This document shows positions 49,482 through 61,873 of a stretch of DNA of 64,000 bases, piece after piece; position 1 is the stretch's first letter; the number at the start of each line of letters is the position of its first letter. The DNA lies in assembly GCA_963708075.1 (NCBI GenBank), contig OY970194.1, positions 384,001 through 448,000 of the forward strand, read 5' to 3'. Position numbers and translations under genes: made by a program. Under the pieces are notes generated by a model. It worked only from the letters and a program-made list of their open reading frames with translations, was not told where the DNA came from and made no database searches. The stretch comes from Sedimentisphaerales bacterium. Lineage in GTDB: Bacteria > Planctomycetota > Phycisphaerae > Sedimentisphaerales > Anaerobacaceae.

Positions 49482-50849
49482 TCACAGTCGCCAGGGGCTG
49501 CGGAGGGGGCGGGTGAGGAGGCGATTGGCGGCCTCGTCGTTGGCGAATTGCTCGGCTTTGGGGTCCCAGCGGAGCTTGCGGCCGGTGCGGATCGTGATGT
49601 CGTCAAGATGGCAGATCGTGTCGGAGCGCACGGCGGACTCGATGTGGCTGATCGGCGTCTGGCGGGTCTTCACGCAATCGAGGAAGTTTCGCTTGTGATT
49701 GTTGCTGACGGGCAGGCGGGGCTCGCTCGAATCGAAGGCGGTCTGCAGGAGCGATTTCGGTCCGGCGTCGATGCCGCCGCGAGAGACGATCACCCAGCCG
49801 TCGGAGCCGATGAACAGGATCCCGCAGCCTTTCATGTCGAGGACCGGCGTGACGAACTGTGGGAACTCCTTCTCCGTGTGCAGCGAGTCCATGTGGATCA
49901 TTTTGACGCCGTTGGCATACGTGTGCTCGACACGCCAGGTGATGGGCGTATCGCACAGGCCGTCGCTGGGGAGGACGCCGGTGCCTTCGATTTCCAGCGG
50001 GCCGGTGTCGTCGCTGTTGTTGCCCCACTGGGCGATGTCCACGTGGTGGATGCCCCAGGCGCCGCTGAGACAGCCGAGGCCATAGTCGTGGATGTGCATC
50101 CAGTAGCCGGGACTGCCCTCGGCGCGGGAGGCCGCCCGCTCGAACGTGTAGGGCGACCACGGGGCCGGGCCCAGCCACATGTCGTAGTCGAACTCGGCGG
50201 GGTCTGGCTGTGGCTGCAGGGGTTGCATCGGCAATCGCATTCCCGGCACGGAGCCGACGACGATGGTGTGCAGCTTGCCGATACGGCCATTCCGGACCAG
50301 CTCACACCCGAATCGAAATCCCCGGTCCGAGCGTTGTTGCGTGCCGAACTGGAAGACAGTGCCGTAGCGATTGACCGCCTGTCGCAGGGCCTTGGCCGCC
50401 GCGACGTGCACGTCGACCGGCTTCTCCATGTACATGTCCTTGCCGTTCCTGGCCGCCTCAAGGGCAATCAGAGTGTGCCAGTGGTCGGGCGTGGCGATGA
50501 GGACGGCGTCGATGTCCGGCCGGGCCAGCAGTTCGCGATAATCCTGGTAGGTCTTGCAGTCGCTGTCGCCGTACTTCTGATCGACGGTCTGCTTCGCCCG
50601 CTCGCGGAACGTGCGTCGCAGGTCGCACACGGCAGCCACGCGGACATCCTCCTGGCCCGTGAAGCCGCGCACATGCCCGCCGCCCATGCTGCCGACGCCG
50701 ATGCAGGCCATCACGATCTTTTCGCTCGGTGGCACAGCCCCCTGGGCCCCCAGCACGCGACCCGGAACGATGGTTGGAAACCCTGTCACCGCCATACCCG
50801 CGGCGGCAGTGGCTTTGAGAAACTCGCGGCGATTCATTGTCGTATTCAT
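49482..50849 (-). CDS. Tat-exported Gfo/Idh/MocA oxidoreductase
   Basis: 'NRREFLK', 'IGVGSMG', 'ATPDHWH', 'YMEKP', 'QFGTQQRS', 'YDMWLGPAP'. Confidence 0.92.
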   Translation of the reverse strand: MNTTMNRREFLKATAAAGMAVTGFPTIVPGRVLGAQGAVPPSEKIVMACIGVGSMGGGHVRGFTGQEDVRVAAVCDLRRTFRERAKQTVDQKYGDSDCKTYQDYRELLARPDIDAVLIATPDHWHTLIALEAARNGKDMYMEKPVDVHVAAAKALRQAVNRYGTVFQFGTQQRSDRGFRFGCELVRNGRIGKLHTIVVGSVPGMRLPMQPLQPQPDPAEFDYDMWLGPAPWSPYTFERAASRAEGSPGYWMHIHDYGLGCLSGAWGIHHVDIAQWGNNSDDTGPLEIEGTGVLPSDGLCDTPITWRVEHTYANGVKMIHMDSLHTEKEFPQFVTPVLDMKGCGILFIGSDGWVIVSRGGIDAGPKSLLQTAFDSSEPRLPVSNNHKRNFLDCVKTRQTPISHIESAVRSDTICHLDDITIRTGRKLRWDPKAEQFANDEAANRLLTRPLRSPWRL

Positions 50850-50917
50850 AGTTGTCCTATTATACTCCCCCGTCCATTCCGCGTCACTAAGTGCATGACA
50901 AAAATGGGGATTGCAGC

Positions 50918-51005
50918 GGGTGGCAGCGTCAAGGCCGCAGGCCTTGGCGATGGTCCTGCGCACGGGAATGTCGCCATCGCCAAGCTGCGCTTGACGCTGC
51001 CACCC
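50918..51005. repeat. REP-like element (GGGTGGCAGCG family)
   Basis: Same family as 7688-7768. Confidence 0.85.
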
Positions 51006-51173
51006 ACGAACCTCGTGCCTGTCTTGTCACAATCGTATCGTGCGCCCATCGCCACACCCTGAATTCTCTTGGGGTCGCAGGCCGGATCATGTTACACTCG
51101 TAGGCGATCAAACTGGGCCAACCATCTTGAATGGGCATTCTGATTTCGAGGGTTGATTATGATTGGGGACACA

Positions 51174-52526
51174 ATGAAGACATCCAGACGGCAGTTACTG
51201 AAATCGGCGACGGGGGCGGTGGCGGCGTTCACCATCGTGCCGCGGCATGTATTAGCGGGAGCGGGGGTGACTCCGCCTAGTGAGAAGCTGAACATTGCCG
51301 GCATCGGCGCCGGCGGCATGGGCGGCGGCGACATCGAGCAAGTGGCTCGCGACAGCGGCACGCGGATCGTGGCCCTGTGCGACGTGGACCTTCGGCCCGG
51401 CCATCGCGAACGCACGCAGATCCCCAAGTTCCCGGACGCCAAGGTGTACCAGGACTTCCGCAAGATGTTCGACGAGATGGGCGACAAGATCGACGCAGTG
51501 ATTGTCGGCACGCCGGACCATACGCACGCCGTCGCGGCGATGGCGGCCATCAAGAGAAACAAGCACGTGTACTGCGAAAAGCCGCTGGCCCATTCCGTTG
51601 CCGAGGTTCGCGCCCTGATGAAGGCGGCCCAGGAATACAAGGTCGTGACGCAGTTGGGCAACCAGGGCCATTCTTTCGACACGATCCGCACGTTTTGCGA
51701 GTGGGTCTGGGACGGAGCGATCGGCAACGTGCACACGATTCACTGCGGCTGCAATGCCGTCAACTCCGGCATCGATCGGCTGGCTCAGATGAGCGAGAAG
51801 GAGGAGGTGCCGGCGGGTCTGGACTGGGACCTGTGGCAGGGCCCGGCGAAAGAGCGGCCGTACCATTCGTTCTATCTCCCCGGGCGCTGGCGCGGCTGGG
51901 TTCCCTTCGGCAATGGCACGATTGGCGACTGGATCTGTCACGTCGGGGACCCTGTCTTCTGGGCCCTCGACCTGGGGGCGCCGAAAACCGTCCACGCTCA
52001 GGTCAAGGATTACGACCCGAAGACGCAGGGCGACGCGTTCCCCAAGGGCGACATCATCACGTTCGAGTTCCCGGCCAAGGCCGGCCGCGGGCCCGTCAAG
52101 CTCGTCTGGTATAGCGGCCAAGAGGGGATTCCGCCCGCCAAGGAGTTGGAGGAGGGCCGCAAGCCGGTCGTTACCGGCGCCTACGTCTATGGTGACAAGG
52201 GCGTCATCATGTACGGCTCGCACGGCGCCGGCGGCGTCCGGATCATCCCCGAAGAGAAAATGAAGGCCTACACGCGGCCCGCCGTGAAGATTCCCAGGGT
52301 CAAGGAGCATCACGACGACTGGCTGCGGGCGATTCGCGAAGGCCGCAAGGCAGGCTCCGACTTCTCCTACGGCGGCCCACTGACCGAACTCGCCATGCTG
52401 GGCGTGATCGCCTTGAAGCTGCCCGGCACGAAGCTTGAGTGGGACACCGCGAGCATGCGATTCACCAACAGCGAAGAGGCCAATCAGCACATCAATCCGC
52501 CGTACCGCCAGGGCTGGACCCTCTGA
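51174..52526 (+). CDS. Tat-exported Gfo/Idh/MocA oxidoreductase
   Basis: 'SRRQLLK', 'GIGAGGMG', 'TPDHTH', 'HVYCEKPL', 'TQLGNQG', 'WDLWQGPA'. Confidence 0.92.
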   Translation: MKTSRRQLLKSATGAVAAFTIVPRHVLAGAGVTPPSEKLNIAGIGAGGMGGGDIEQVARDSGTRIVALCDVDLRPGHRERTQIPKFPDAKVYQDFRKMFDEMGDKIDAVIVGTPDHTHAVAAMAAIKRNKHVYCEKPLAHSVAEVRALMKAAQEYKVVTQLGNQGHSFDTIRTFCEWVWDGAIGNVHTIHCGCNAVNSGIDRLAQMSEKEEVPAGLDWDLWQGPAKERPYHSFYLPGRWRGWVPFGNGTIGDWICHVGDPVFWALDLGAPKTVHAQVKDYDPKTQGDAFPKGDIITFEFPAKAGRGPVKLVWYSGQEGIPPAKELEEGRKPVVTGAYVYGDKGVIMYGSHGAGGVRIIPEEKMKAYTRPAVKIPRVKEHHDDWLRAIREGRKAGSDFSYGGPLTELAMLGVIALKLPGTKLEWDTASMRFTNSEEANQHINPPYRQGWTL

Positions 52527-52937
52527 TTGATAATTGATGATTGACGATTGATAATTTGATCAGCCGTAGACCGGATGTCGGTGGGCTCCGGGATGACGGC
52601 TATGGGCGAGTGAAACAACAGGGCACGTGTGTCGAATCCAGCAAACGAGCACACGTGCCCCTTGTCGATGGGCTCAGAAAGCCCGGACCCTATTTGCGTT
52701 CCTTCATGCGGCCTCGATGCCCCTTGCATCGGGCCTCCATATTGTTGGTCGTGCGCCACTCGGAAAGATTTCACGAGACGCCGGAGCTACGAGAGATTCA
52801 CCCGCAGCCGGTTCGCCGGCGAATTGCTGCAATAGGCGGATTGTTTCGTTCGTCTATTCAAGCTGAAATGGGGCGGTGGCCGAAATCATACGATAGGCTC
52901 AGATGCCGGATGTATGTGTGACTGTTTTTAGGGGACC

Positions 52938-53546
52938 ATGATTATGAGAATGACGTTACTATTCAGTCTGGCGGTATCAATGCTGTTGCTGAGTCCGGCG
53001 GTCTTCGCACAAAATAAGCCGGCGGAGTCAACCAGCTCACCGCAGCCGACAGCCGGGCGCAAGTTCAGTGAACTCTCGCCCGAGGAGCAGGCCAAGCTCA
53101 GGGCGAAGTGGCAGAGCGGATCCACCGAAGGCAAGGCCAAGCCCGAAGCGAAGCCGCAGAGCCCATCCACCGAGGACAAAGCCAGGACCAGGGATAAGGT
53201 GCGCGATCGCTCCTCCGAGGCCGTCCCGGGACCGCAGGGCCAGATCCACAAGGAAATGATCGTGGCCGAAATGACCCGGCTCCAGCAGCAGCAGAAGACG
53301 AACGTGGCCGAGTTACAGGCGATCAAACAGCTTGCCGTCAAGGAAAACGCCAAGGAGACCGCCGACGCCCTGACCCAGCTCATCACCAGGCATGAAAGGC
53401 AGTTCAACCAGCAGATACAGGTGTTGCAGCGAAAGATGAAGCTGCTGCAGGGCGATCAGAACGCCAAGGCCGGTCCGGCAGATCCGAAGAAACTGGGGCC
53501 GAAGAAAGAGGAGAGCAAGCCCCAGGACGCCGGGACGAAACGGTAG
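52938..53546 (+). CDS. secreted helical/coiled-coil hypothetical protein
   Basis: Signal peptide ending 'AVFA'; K/E/Q-rich helical body. Confidence 0.75.
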   Translation: MIMRMTLLFSLAVSMLLLSPAVFAQNKPAESTSSPQPTAGRKFSELSPEEQAKLRAKWQSGSTEGKAKPEAKPQSPSTEDKARTRDKVRDRSSEAVPGPQGQIHKEMIVAEMTRLQQQQKTNVAELQAIKQLAVKENAKETADALTQLITRHERQFNQQIQVLQRKMKLLQGDQNAKAGPADPKKLGPKKEESKPQDAGTKR

Positions 53547-53618
53547 TTGTCGATCGGAATGCTGATCCGCCGGCGATTGACGCGGATTCGGATGTGCACG
53601 GTGCCAGAGAGTAATTGA

Positions 53619-53650
53619 AAGGGCCGGATGCCAAAGAGCACCCGGCCCTT
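53619..53650. terminator. hairpin terminator between convergent genes
   Basis: AAGGGCCGGATGC-CAAAGA-GCACCCGGCCCTT. Confidence 0.7.
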
Positions 53651-53660
53651 GGTCTTGCTG

Positions 53661-55514
53661 CTACTGTTTCTTTTCTTCTTTCTTCTTGCCGCCGAGCAGA
53701 CCGCCGAGGCCCTCCACGATATTCGTTGCGGGCTTCTTGAGCGTGTCCTTCAACTCGGTCGGGACTTTATCGCCAAGCTGTTTTTCGAGTTGCTTATTGA
53801 GTTCATTGACAGCGCGATCCTTGCCGGCCTTGAGCAGGGCCTGCTTGAACTCCTCCGTCAGTCCCTTTGTATCGAAGACCAGCCGCGGGTCGGCCGTCGG
53901 ACCCACGACCCGGATCGTAGTGGTCAATTCCTTCAGAACCGCCATGACCTCGGAAGTCTGTTCCGCGCCGAGACCTAGTACGCCCTTGCCTGTCCCCTGG
54001 GCCTGCAGGTCCTTGAGATTCAGGTTGATCGTCAGATCCACCTGGTCCCTGGTCAGTTGCCCTGTGAACGTGCCCGAGGCCTTGCCCGACTGAAACGCGA
54101 TGCCGGCGTCCGGCGAGAGCGACGACTGCATCGTGCTCAGGTCGAAGCCCTCGAATGTCCCGGAGACCTCCGGCGCGCTGCCGGGCTTGGAGTAGTCCAG
54201 GGCGATCTTCATCGCCGCGGGCGTCTCGTAGGACTTCATCTCCAGTGTGATCGGCAGCCCGGCCGCCTTCGGGGCGTCGTTGAGATTCGTCACCAGGATC
54301 TGGCTGTTCTTGAAGAGCTCCGACGGAATCACGACCTTGTCGGCCAGCACCTTCTTGGCCAGCACTCTCGGCGACGGCAGCTCTTTCGCTCTGGCCGTCA
54401 AGTATTCAAGATAGTTCTCGGGCTTCTTCTCGGCCGCGACCTCGTCCTCGCCGGCCTCATTGGAGTCGGGCAGCCACTCGCGGAGCTTACGCAACTGCTC
54501 CTTGACCTTCTTGATGTCCTTGACGTATTTCTCGAGCTTGCCGAGGTTTTCCGCCGTGACGCCGTAATCGCAGGGGTCGAAGGGCTTGTTCGCATCTGCC
54601 GGAACGGGCAACACGACGCCGGGCGTCTGTCTCGCCTGGTTGAACCGCACCTCCGAGATGGTCACGTTCTCCATGACGACTCGGCCTATGAGCAGGTCGC
54701 GCATATTGGCATCGGCCTCGACCTTCTCGATGGCCAGTTGATTCTGCTGTGGCTGCTGCGGGTCGGTGAACTGCAGACCTGTGACGTGCGCATTGCCGCC
54801 GAGCACGGAGAGGCCCAGGTCCCCGATATCGACCTCGGCCTTGTTGGCGTTGGTCAGCGTCTTGGCGGTGTACTGCTTGATCATCGTGCCCTGGAGGAAG
54901 TGGGCGGCGACGAGGAAGCCTCCGACAAGCAGCACGGCCAGTGCCACGCCGACCTTGCGGACGAACTTGGCCTTGGCGAACATGGACTTGACGTCCCTGG
55001 TGCGCTTGCCGATGATGAGCCAGTCGAGAAACCGCACCCAGAATTTGGAGTAGTACAGGCGGAATCTCTCCGATTTCTCGTCGAGTTTGACCATCATCCG
55101 TCGGAAGTTGATGACGATGAGAGCCATCGCGATGCCCGCGACCGCGCCGACGATGGGCCCGATGACCAGCCCGCCGACCAGCGCGAAGCGGCTGTAGTCC
55201 GTGAGGCCGATCACCGGGATCGACGAGAGCGTCGCCAGCACACCGGGCGCATGGCCGTGCACCCAGATCCCCGTATGGTACAGCACAGGCGCCGCCGCCA
55301 GGCTCAACGCCTTGGCCGCGCCCAGCGACAGAATGAACAATCCCAGGTTGAGGTTCACGACCAGGACGATGACCACCAGCACGGTATGCAGGCCCGACCA
55401 GCCCGGCATCATCCCCATCCACGCGCCCATCAGCACCGACAGGAAGATCAGCGGCGGGGCGACGTTGCCCCGGAACACCGCCGATAGCTTCCGCACGAAT
55501 CCCGGAAGAATCAT
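53661..55514 (-). CDS. membrane protein with N-terminal TM bundle fused to an AsmA-like periplasmic beta domain (TIGR03546/TIGR03545-like)
   Basis: About five N-terminal TM segments, then 'ANKAEVDI..L.LS..GG....GLQFTDP' and tail 'VEGLGGLLGG'. Family assignment is from recollection. Confidence 0.65.
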   Translation of the reverse strand: MILPGFVRKLSAVFRGNVAPPLIFLSVLMGAWMGMMPGWSGLHTVLVVIVLVVNLNLGLFILSLGAAKALSLAAAPVLYHTGIWVHGHAPGVLATLSSIPVIGLTDYSRFALVGGLVIGPIVGAVAGIAMALIVINFRRMMVKLDEKSERFRLYYSKFWVRFLDWLIIGKRTRDVKSMFAKAKFVRKVGVALAVLLVGGFLVAAHFLQGTMIKQYTAKTLTNANKAEVDIGDLGLSVLGGNAHVTGLQFTDPQQPQQNQLAIEKVEADANMRDLLIGRVVMENVTISEVRFNQARQTPGVVLPVPADANKPFDPCDYGVTAENLGKLEKYVKDIKKVKEQLRKLREWLPDSNEAGEDEVAAEKKPENYLEYLTARAKELPSPRVLAKKVLADKVVIPSELFKNSQILVTNLNDAPKAAGLPITLEMKSYETPAAMKIALDYSKPGSAPEVSGTFEGFDLSTMQSSLSPDAGIAFQSGKASGTFTGQLTRDQVDLTINLNLKDLQAQGTGKGVLGLGAEQTSEVMAVLKELTTTIRVVGPTADPRLVFDTKGLTEEFKQALLKAGKDRAVNELNKQLEKQLGDKVPTELKDTLKKPATNIVEGLGGLLGGKKKEEKKQ

Positions 55515-55770
55515 GGAAAACCACCTTTCTTTCTGCAATCGAGTTGCGTATTTATGCCCCAGATTTTCAAGGGGCGGATTATACCCCTGCGGGACGCCAA
55601 TGTGCAACCGAAATCCAAGAACCGTCGAGGTTGCCGGTGCACGACAAAAACGCAGTAATTGAAGCGGGTGGTGCAGCAAGGCCGACAAGGGCGGCCATCC
55701 AGGATCCGGTGGTCTTCACGTCATTTCCTCTGTTGCTCAGTAAGATCAAGATGAGTGCAACGGTGCGATC

Positions 55771-56280
55771 ATGACGAAACGTATGAGAAGGCTGCTTGTG
55801 GCGGTGGTCGGTTTGGCCGGCGGCCTGCTGATGCTCGTGGGAGCCTTCCGGTGGCATTCCGGAAGAACACCGGCATTTCGATTCCTGGGTGATCAGCGGC
55901 CCGTATATCACACGTGGAGTCAAGACGCGAGCATGGACATCTACGCCGTGCCGGGCGAGTTCGAGAGCGTATGTGCGGAGGTGAGCAAGAGACTATTGTG
56001 TGCCGGATTTGTGGATATCTCATTTCCGGATTTGGGTAATAGGTATCGCGAGTTCACTCTGCCGGGTCTCGACCGAATCGCCGTCTATGTGCGCCGTGAA
56101 ACGTTCGGAAAAGGGACTGAATATGTCAGTTACTATCGCGATGTGCCATGCCTTGTATCCGTAGAAATTGCGCAGAGCCGTCAATCCCTCCGGCGGTACT
56201 TGTCGCAGCCGCTGCGGCGCCGGATTCCGCCACCGCCGCCCGTTCCGAAGTTGAAGCGAGCAACTGAGTCTCACGGCTAA
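55771..56280 (+). CDS. membrane-anchored hypothetical protein
   Basis: 169-aa ORF with an N-terminal TM helix. Confidence 0.6.
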   Translation: MTKRMRRLLVAVVGLAGGLLMLVGAFRWHSGRTPAFRFLGDQRPVYHTWSQDASMDIYAVPGEFESVCAEVSKRLLCAGFVDISFPDLGNRYREFTLPGLDRIAVYVRRETFGKGTEYVSYYRDVPCLVSVEIAQSRQSLRRYLSQPLRRRIPPPPPVPKLKRATESHG

Positions 56281-56750
56281 CACCTGGAGACGGGCCTCGG
56301 GTCACATCTTTGATTCACTCGTTTCAGGGTCTGGAGGAACCGGGGGGGCGGTTCAGGTTTCGAGTGAAAAAAACTGGTGAGTTTCGGGCGCGAATGCCGA
56401 TAGAAAAGATGAAAACCGTTTCATCTTTTTCTCCGGCGTCGTTGCGTGGACGACGCCTTTTTTATTGTCGAGAATGTCCAGGATTCCCGGGGCTGCGGCC
56501 GCAAAGCGACCCCAGTCTAACGCTGTTGAGGCTCCAGCCTGGGTACTGGTGGTCGGCTTAGACAGAGCTGCCATGTTGGCCGCGGCGCATGCGCGGTCAT
56601 GCTGGCGGCGACAAACTGGCAGACTCACCAACGCGTTGTTCCTGGATAGAGATATTATCGGCCGTCATTTGCACCAACCAGTCGATTTCTGGTGTTGGGG
56701 TGTTTGCCGGTGGCGGGGCCAACGACCGTGGCATGGAAGAGCAGGCATTA

Positions 56751-57976
56751 TCACTGGCCGGATGCGGCGAGTGTGTTGGGATCGACGGTGGGGATTTGCC
56801 AGGCGAAGATCGGATACTGGGGCAAAGCGGGGATGGTCCAATAATCTGTGTTGTCTGCTTGCGGTGATAGGTCCCAGCCGGCGTGCGTGAACGTGGCGGC
56901 CGTCTGGAGTTGTGGCGTCGGTAGGCCGGTCCCGCCGGCGCTGGTGGTCGTGCCGCTGGTCTGGATGTCCCAGAAGGAGCCTTCGACGACGCAGTCCGGC
57001 TCAGTGATCCCTACGAGCCCACCCGTATCTGTGCGGCCGGTCACGAGGCCGGTGCTGTAGCACTTGTGGATAACGCCGGGGAAGCTGCCGCTGTCGTCAA
57101 AGCAAGGGCCATTATAGCTCACGAGTCCGCCGAGGATCGTGCCGCCCTCTATGGACGTTGTCGAATAGCAGTTCATCACTGTTGCGCCTTCGCTGGCGCC
57201 GATAAGCCCGCCGATGTACGACGATCCCGTGGCGAATCCCTTTGCCGAGGACCACTCGATGGCCGCGGAAGTGCAAGCACCGGCCAGGCCGCCGACGCGG
57301 CTGATCCCGGCGATATTTGCGTCCGCCACGCAGTCGCGAACCTCCGCGTCCCAGGCGCACAGCCCCACGAGTCCACCCACCGAGTACTGGCCGTGGACCT
57401 CCGCCTGAGCCGTACATCCTGTGATGCGGGCGTATGTCCAGCCGACCAGCCCGCCGACCGCGCTATAGCCCACCACGTGACCTCCTTCCACGCGACATCG
57501 GAGCACCTCGCCTGTTCCCAGGTGCCCGACGAGAGCGCCAACGGAGATGCCGGTGACGGCCTCGATGTTGGGATCGACCAGACACAGGTCGCGGACGCCG
57601 CCGTTGAGGGCGCGAATGTGTCCGAAAAGCCCTACTCGGTTGTGTCCGGGAGCGATGCAGGTAATGTGCAGAATCCTTTTGCCGGCTCCATCGAAGCTCC
57701 CGCGGAAGGGGATCGTGGCGTTACCGATCATGTATGCGGGGTGCCCCGGGACATCAGCCATATCGATATCGGCCGTCAGCTTGAAGTGGGCGGACCAATG
57801 GTTCGGGTCGGCCGCCAATGCGAGCAGGTCACGCGGGGCGCCGATGAGATAGGGATCTTCCCGCGTGCCGCTGCCGCCGCTGTAGCTTGCCTGGCTCCGC
57901 GAGACCGCCACAAACGACAGTAGCAGGGGCACCAGGATAAGGACCCGGCTGGACTGTCCCAGTCGTAACCCGTCAT
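56751..57976 (-). CDS. secreted GLUG-motif (ZmpB-like) repeat protein; start uncertain
   Basis: 'YSGGSGTREDPYLI', 'FKLTADID', 'F.GSFDG.G..I', many 'VGGLVG' repeats, 'SFWDIQTSG'. Confidence 0.88.
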
Positions 57977-58443
57977 TCCACCTGTGTGGTTTGCTGGTCA
58001 CCGTGCATTCATCCAATGAGTGAATTGTTCCGCCCCAGGGGGCCGGCTGCGCAGACACCAACGAATGGCATCCGGGCACGTCCGTCGCTTCCATGCGTGT
58101 TGCATCTGAACCTGTGCACCTTATTCTACCACCGGGCCTGATGTTTGTCCAGACCGTGCCCAAAGGCGATGTGGTTTGTGATTGGAGCGCCGGGCGGGAA
58201 ATCACCAAAAAAGGACAGAACCGTAATCAAACGGTAACATGGCGGCGGCACAGTATGCGCATGCGAAACCGAGGATGTGCCGTCTCGTTCAGCAAACCAC
58301 TGCAAATATTCAACTTGTGGAAAGTGGCTGGTTTTCGTAAGGTATCGACGCAATGATTTGCCGCCCGGCGCGTCTATAGTACTGTAATGCCGATACGCCG
58401 AAACGGTCGTGGGCAGCATGTTAGGATTAGGAAGGGCCTGAGA

Positions 58444-59833
58444 GTGAGAAAGCTTCGCATACTGATCATTCTTGTCGTCGTGATTGCCGTCGCGGGCCTG
58501 GCGGTGGCCTTTGTCGTGCGGAAGCGAGCCGCGGCCGGCAAAAAGCCCACCATAGTCCGCGTCGAAGAGGTCCAGCCGGGCGAGTTGATCGAGTTCGTCA
58601 GCGCCCCGGGCGAAATCGAGCCGAAGAGCAAGGTCGAGATCAGCGCCAAGGTTTCCGCTCGCGTGGTGGCCCTGCCGTACGACGAGGGCGATACGGTCAC
58701 CGGTGGCGACCCGAACGCCAATCCGCCGGTGCCGGCGTCGTTGCTGGTGCAGCTCGATTCCAAGGATCTGGAGAGCCGACTGCTCGAAGCCCAGGCCCGC
58801 CGGGCCGCACAGGCCGCGGGGATTGAGGCGGAGAAGGCCAGAATCGCCAGCCAGAAGGCCGGTCTTATCGGTACCGCCGCCACACTCGAACAGGCGAAAA
58901 CGAATCTGGAGCGACAGACCAAACTGATCGCGACGAATGACATCAGTCAGGCCGAATTCGATGCGGTGCAGTTGAAGCTGGACGAGTTGCAGGCCCAGTA
59001 CAACGCGGCCAAACGTACGCTTGAGGCGGCGGACTTGAATCTGCAGGTACTGGAGCACAACCTCGAAGCGGCCGACGCCGGTATTGCCCAGGCAAAGGAG
59101 AATCTCAGTTACAGCACCATCACCTCGCCCATCGACGGGATCATTACGCGTCTCAACGCGGAGGTCGGCGAAATGGTCATGACCGGCACCATGAACAACC
59201 CCGGCACGGTGATCATGGAGGTCGGCGACCTGTCCCAGATGCTTGTCGTGGCCCAGGTGGATGAGGCGGACGTGGGCAAGCTGGAGATCGGCCAGAAGGC
59301 AAAAGTGTTCATCGATGCCTTCCTGAATTGCGAGTTCACGGGCAAGGTGTACAAGATTGCGCTGTCGAACGATCTCTCGCGGCAGGGGACGAAGTACTAC
59401 CGGACGGAAATCCTGCTGGATCCGACGGAGCAAAGACTTCATTCCGGCCTGACGGCGAACGTGGACATCGAGACGCGCAAGCACGGCGAGGTGCTGGCCG
59501 TGCCGTCGCAGGCGGTCATGACGCGAGAGATCGAGAGCCTGCCGCTGGAGATTCGTGACAAGTCGTCCAACATGGACAAATCCAAGACCTTCGCGACCAT
59601 CCTCTTCCGGTACAACGACGGCAAGGCGATCATCACGCCCGTCAAGATCGGCCCGAGCAACCTGACCCACACGATCATCGAGGCGGGTGTCGAGAAGGCC
59701 GAGAAGGTCGTCGTCGGGCCGTACAAGGAGTTGGAGAAGCTCAAGCACGATCAGGTCATCAAGGATGAGCGTGAAGCCAAAGCCGAGGAAGAGGCCAAAA
59801 AGAAGGGCGCCAAAGATATCAACGACGTGAACG

Positions 59834-59850
<17 letters not shown>
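58444..59850 (+). CDS. MacA/HlyD-type periplasmic adaptor
   Basis: N-terminal TM, 'GEIEP...VEISAKVS', coiled-coil hairpin, 'ITSPIDG', 'VDEADVGKL'. Confidence 0.92.
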
Positions 59851-60586
<736 letters not shown>

Positions 60587-60590
<4 letters not shown>

Positions 60591-61873
60591 AACCTGTGCT
60601 CACCATACTCAAGACCATCCTCGGAATATTCCTGGCCTTCTTCCGGCTGTTCTACCAGAGCATCTACCTGGCCCTGGGCCAGATCTGGGTGAACAAGACG
60701 CGATCCGTGCTGACGACCCTGGGCATCGTGATCGGTGTTGCCTCGGTGACCGCTGTCATCGCCGCACTGACCGGTCTGAAGGCCAAGATCCTGACCCAGG
60801 TCGAGACTCTGGGGACCAATACCATCTTCATCTCTCCTCGCGTCCCCGACACCGGTCGCAATCGCCACGCGGGCTGGTGGCAGATGCGGTTTCGACCGGA
60901 GCAGATGGACGATCTGCTCGAACACTGCCCCTCGGTTGCGGTGCTCAGTCGCGTGGGCGGCGTCGGGTGGCGCACCGTCAAATTTGGAGAACAGTCGGTG
61001 GATCGCGTGGAGGTCCAGGGCATTGAGCCGGACTTCCATCAGATTGAGCATCGGCCCGTCGTTCTGGGCCGTGTCTTCTCCCCGATCGATGATATGCAGG
61101 TCCGCCAGGTCTGTCTGATCGACCCGAAGCTGCGGGACAAGTTGCGTCTCGATCATGACTGCATTGGCGAAACCATTCGCATCGGGTATCATGCGTTTCG
61201 TATCGTCGGTGTGATCGAGTCCCGCCCGCAGATGAATTTCGGCGACTCCGGCCAGGAGAGGTACGAGGTCTTCATCCCCTTCAAAACGCTCGATAAGCTC
61301 GGCGATCCGTTCATGTGGGCCATGGCCACCGGCAAGTCCGCCGAGACCCTGGAGGAAGCCCAGGCGGAGATCCGATTTTTCCTCCGCCGCACCCGCGGCA
61401 TTCGGCCGGGCGAGCCGGACACCTTCCGCGTCGAGTCCCTCCAGAGTGCCCTTCAGACGTTCAACAAGATCGCCGTGATTGTCACCATGGTCGCCGGCGG
61501 CATCGTCGGCATCTCCCTGCTCGTCGGCGGCGTCGGCATCATGAACATCATGCTCGTCTCCGTTTCCGAGCGCACCCGCGAGATCGGCCTGCGCAAGGCC
61601 GTCGGCGCCAAGCGCTCGGCGATTCTCACGCAATTCATGATCGAATCGATCACGCTCTGTTTCGTCGGCGGACTCGTCGGCGTCGGTTTCGGCCAATTGC
61701 TGACCATGGCCATCGCCAATATCCCGCAGGTCAAGCTGGACCTGGCGCACATCCCCCTGTGGGCGATCGGCCTGTCCTTCAGCTTCGCCGGTTTCGTCGG
61801 CATCGTCTTTGGAATGGTCCCGGCGATCAAGGCCGCACGGTTGGACCCTATTGAGGCGCTCAGGCATGAATAG
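60587..61873 (+). CDS. MacB-type ABC permease
   Basis: 'NKTRSVLTTLGIVIGV', 'VGGVGIMNIMLVSVSERTREIGLRKAVGA', 'PAIKAARLDPIEALRHE'; ATGA overlap at 60587. Confidence 0.92.

Noticed and set aside
56280..56750. Coding or RNA gene in the gap before the GLUG gene end
   Set aside because: Only short hairpins are present (AAAAGATGAAA..TTTCATCTTTT and a GGCGTCGT..ACGACGCC-T-tract terminator); no supported gene.
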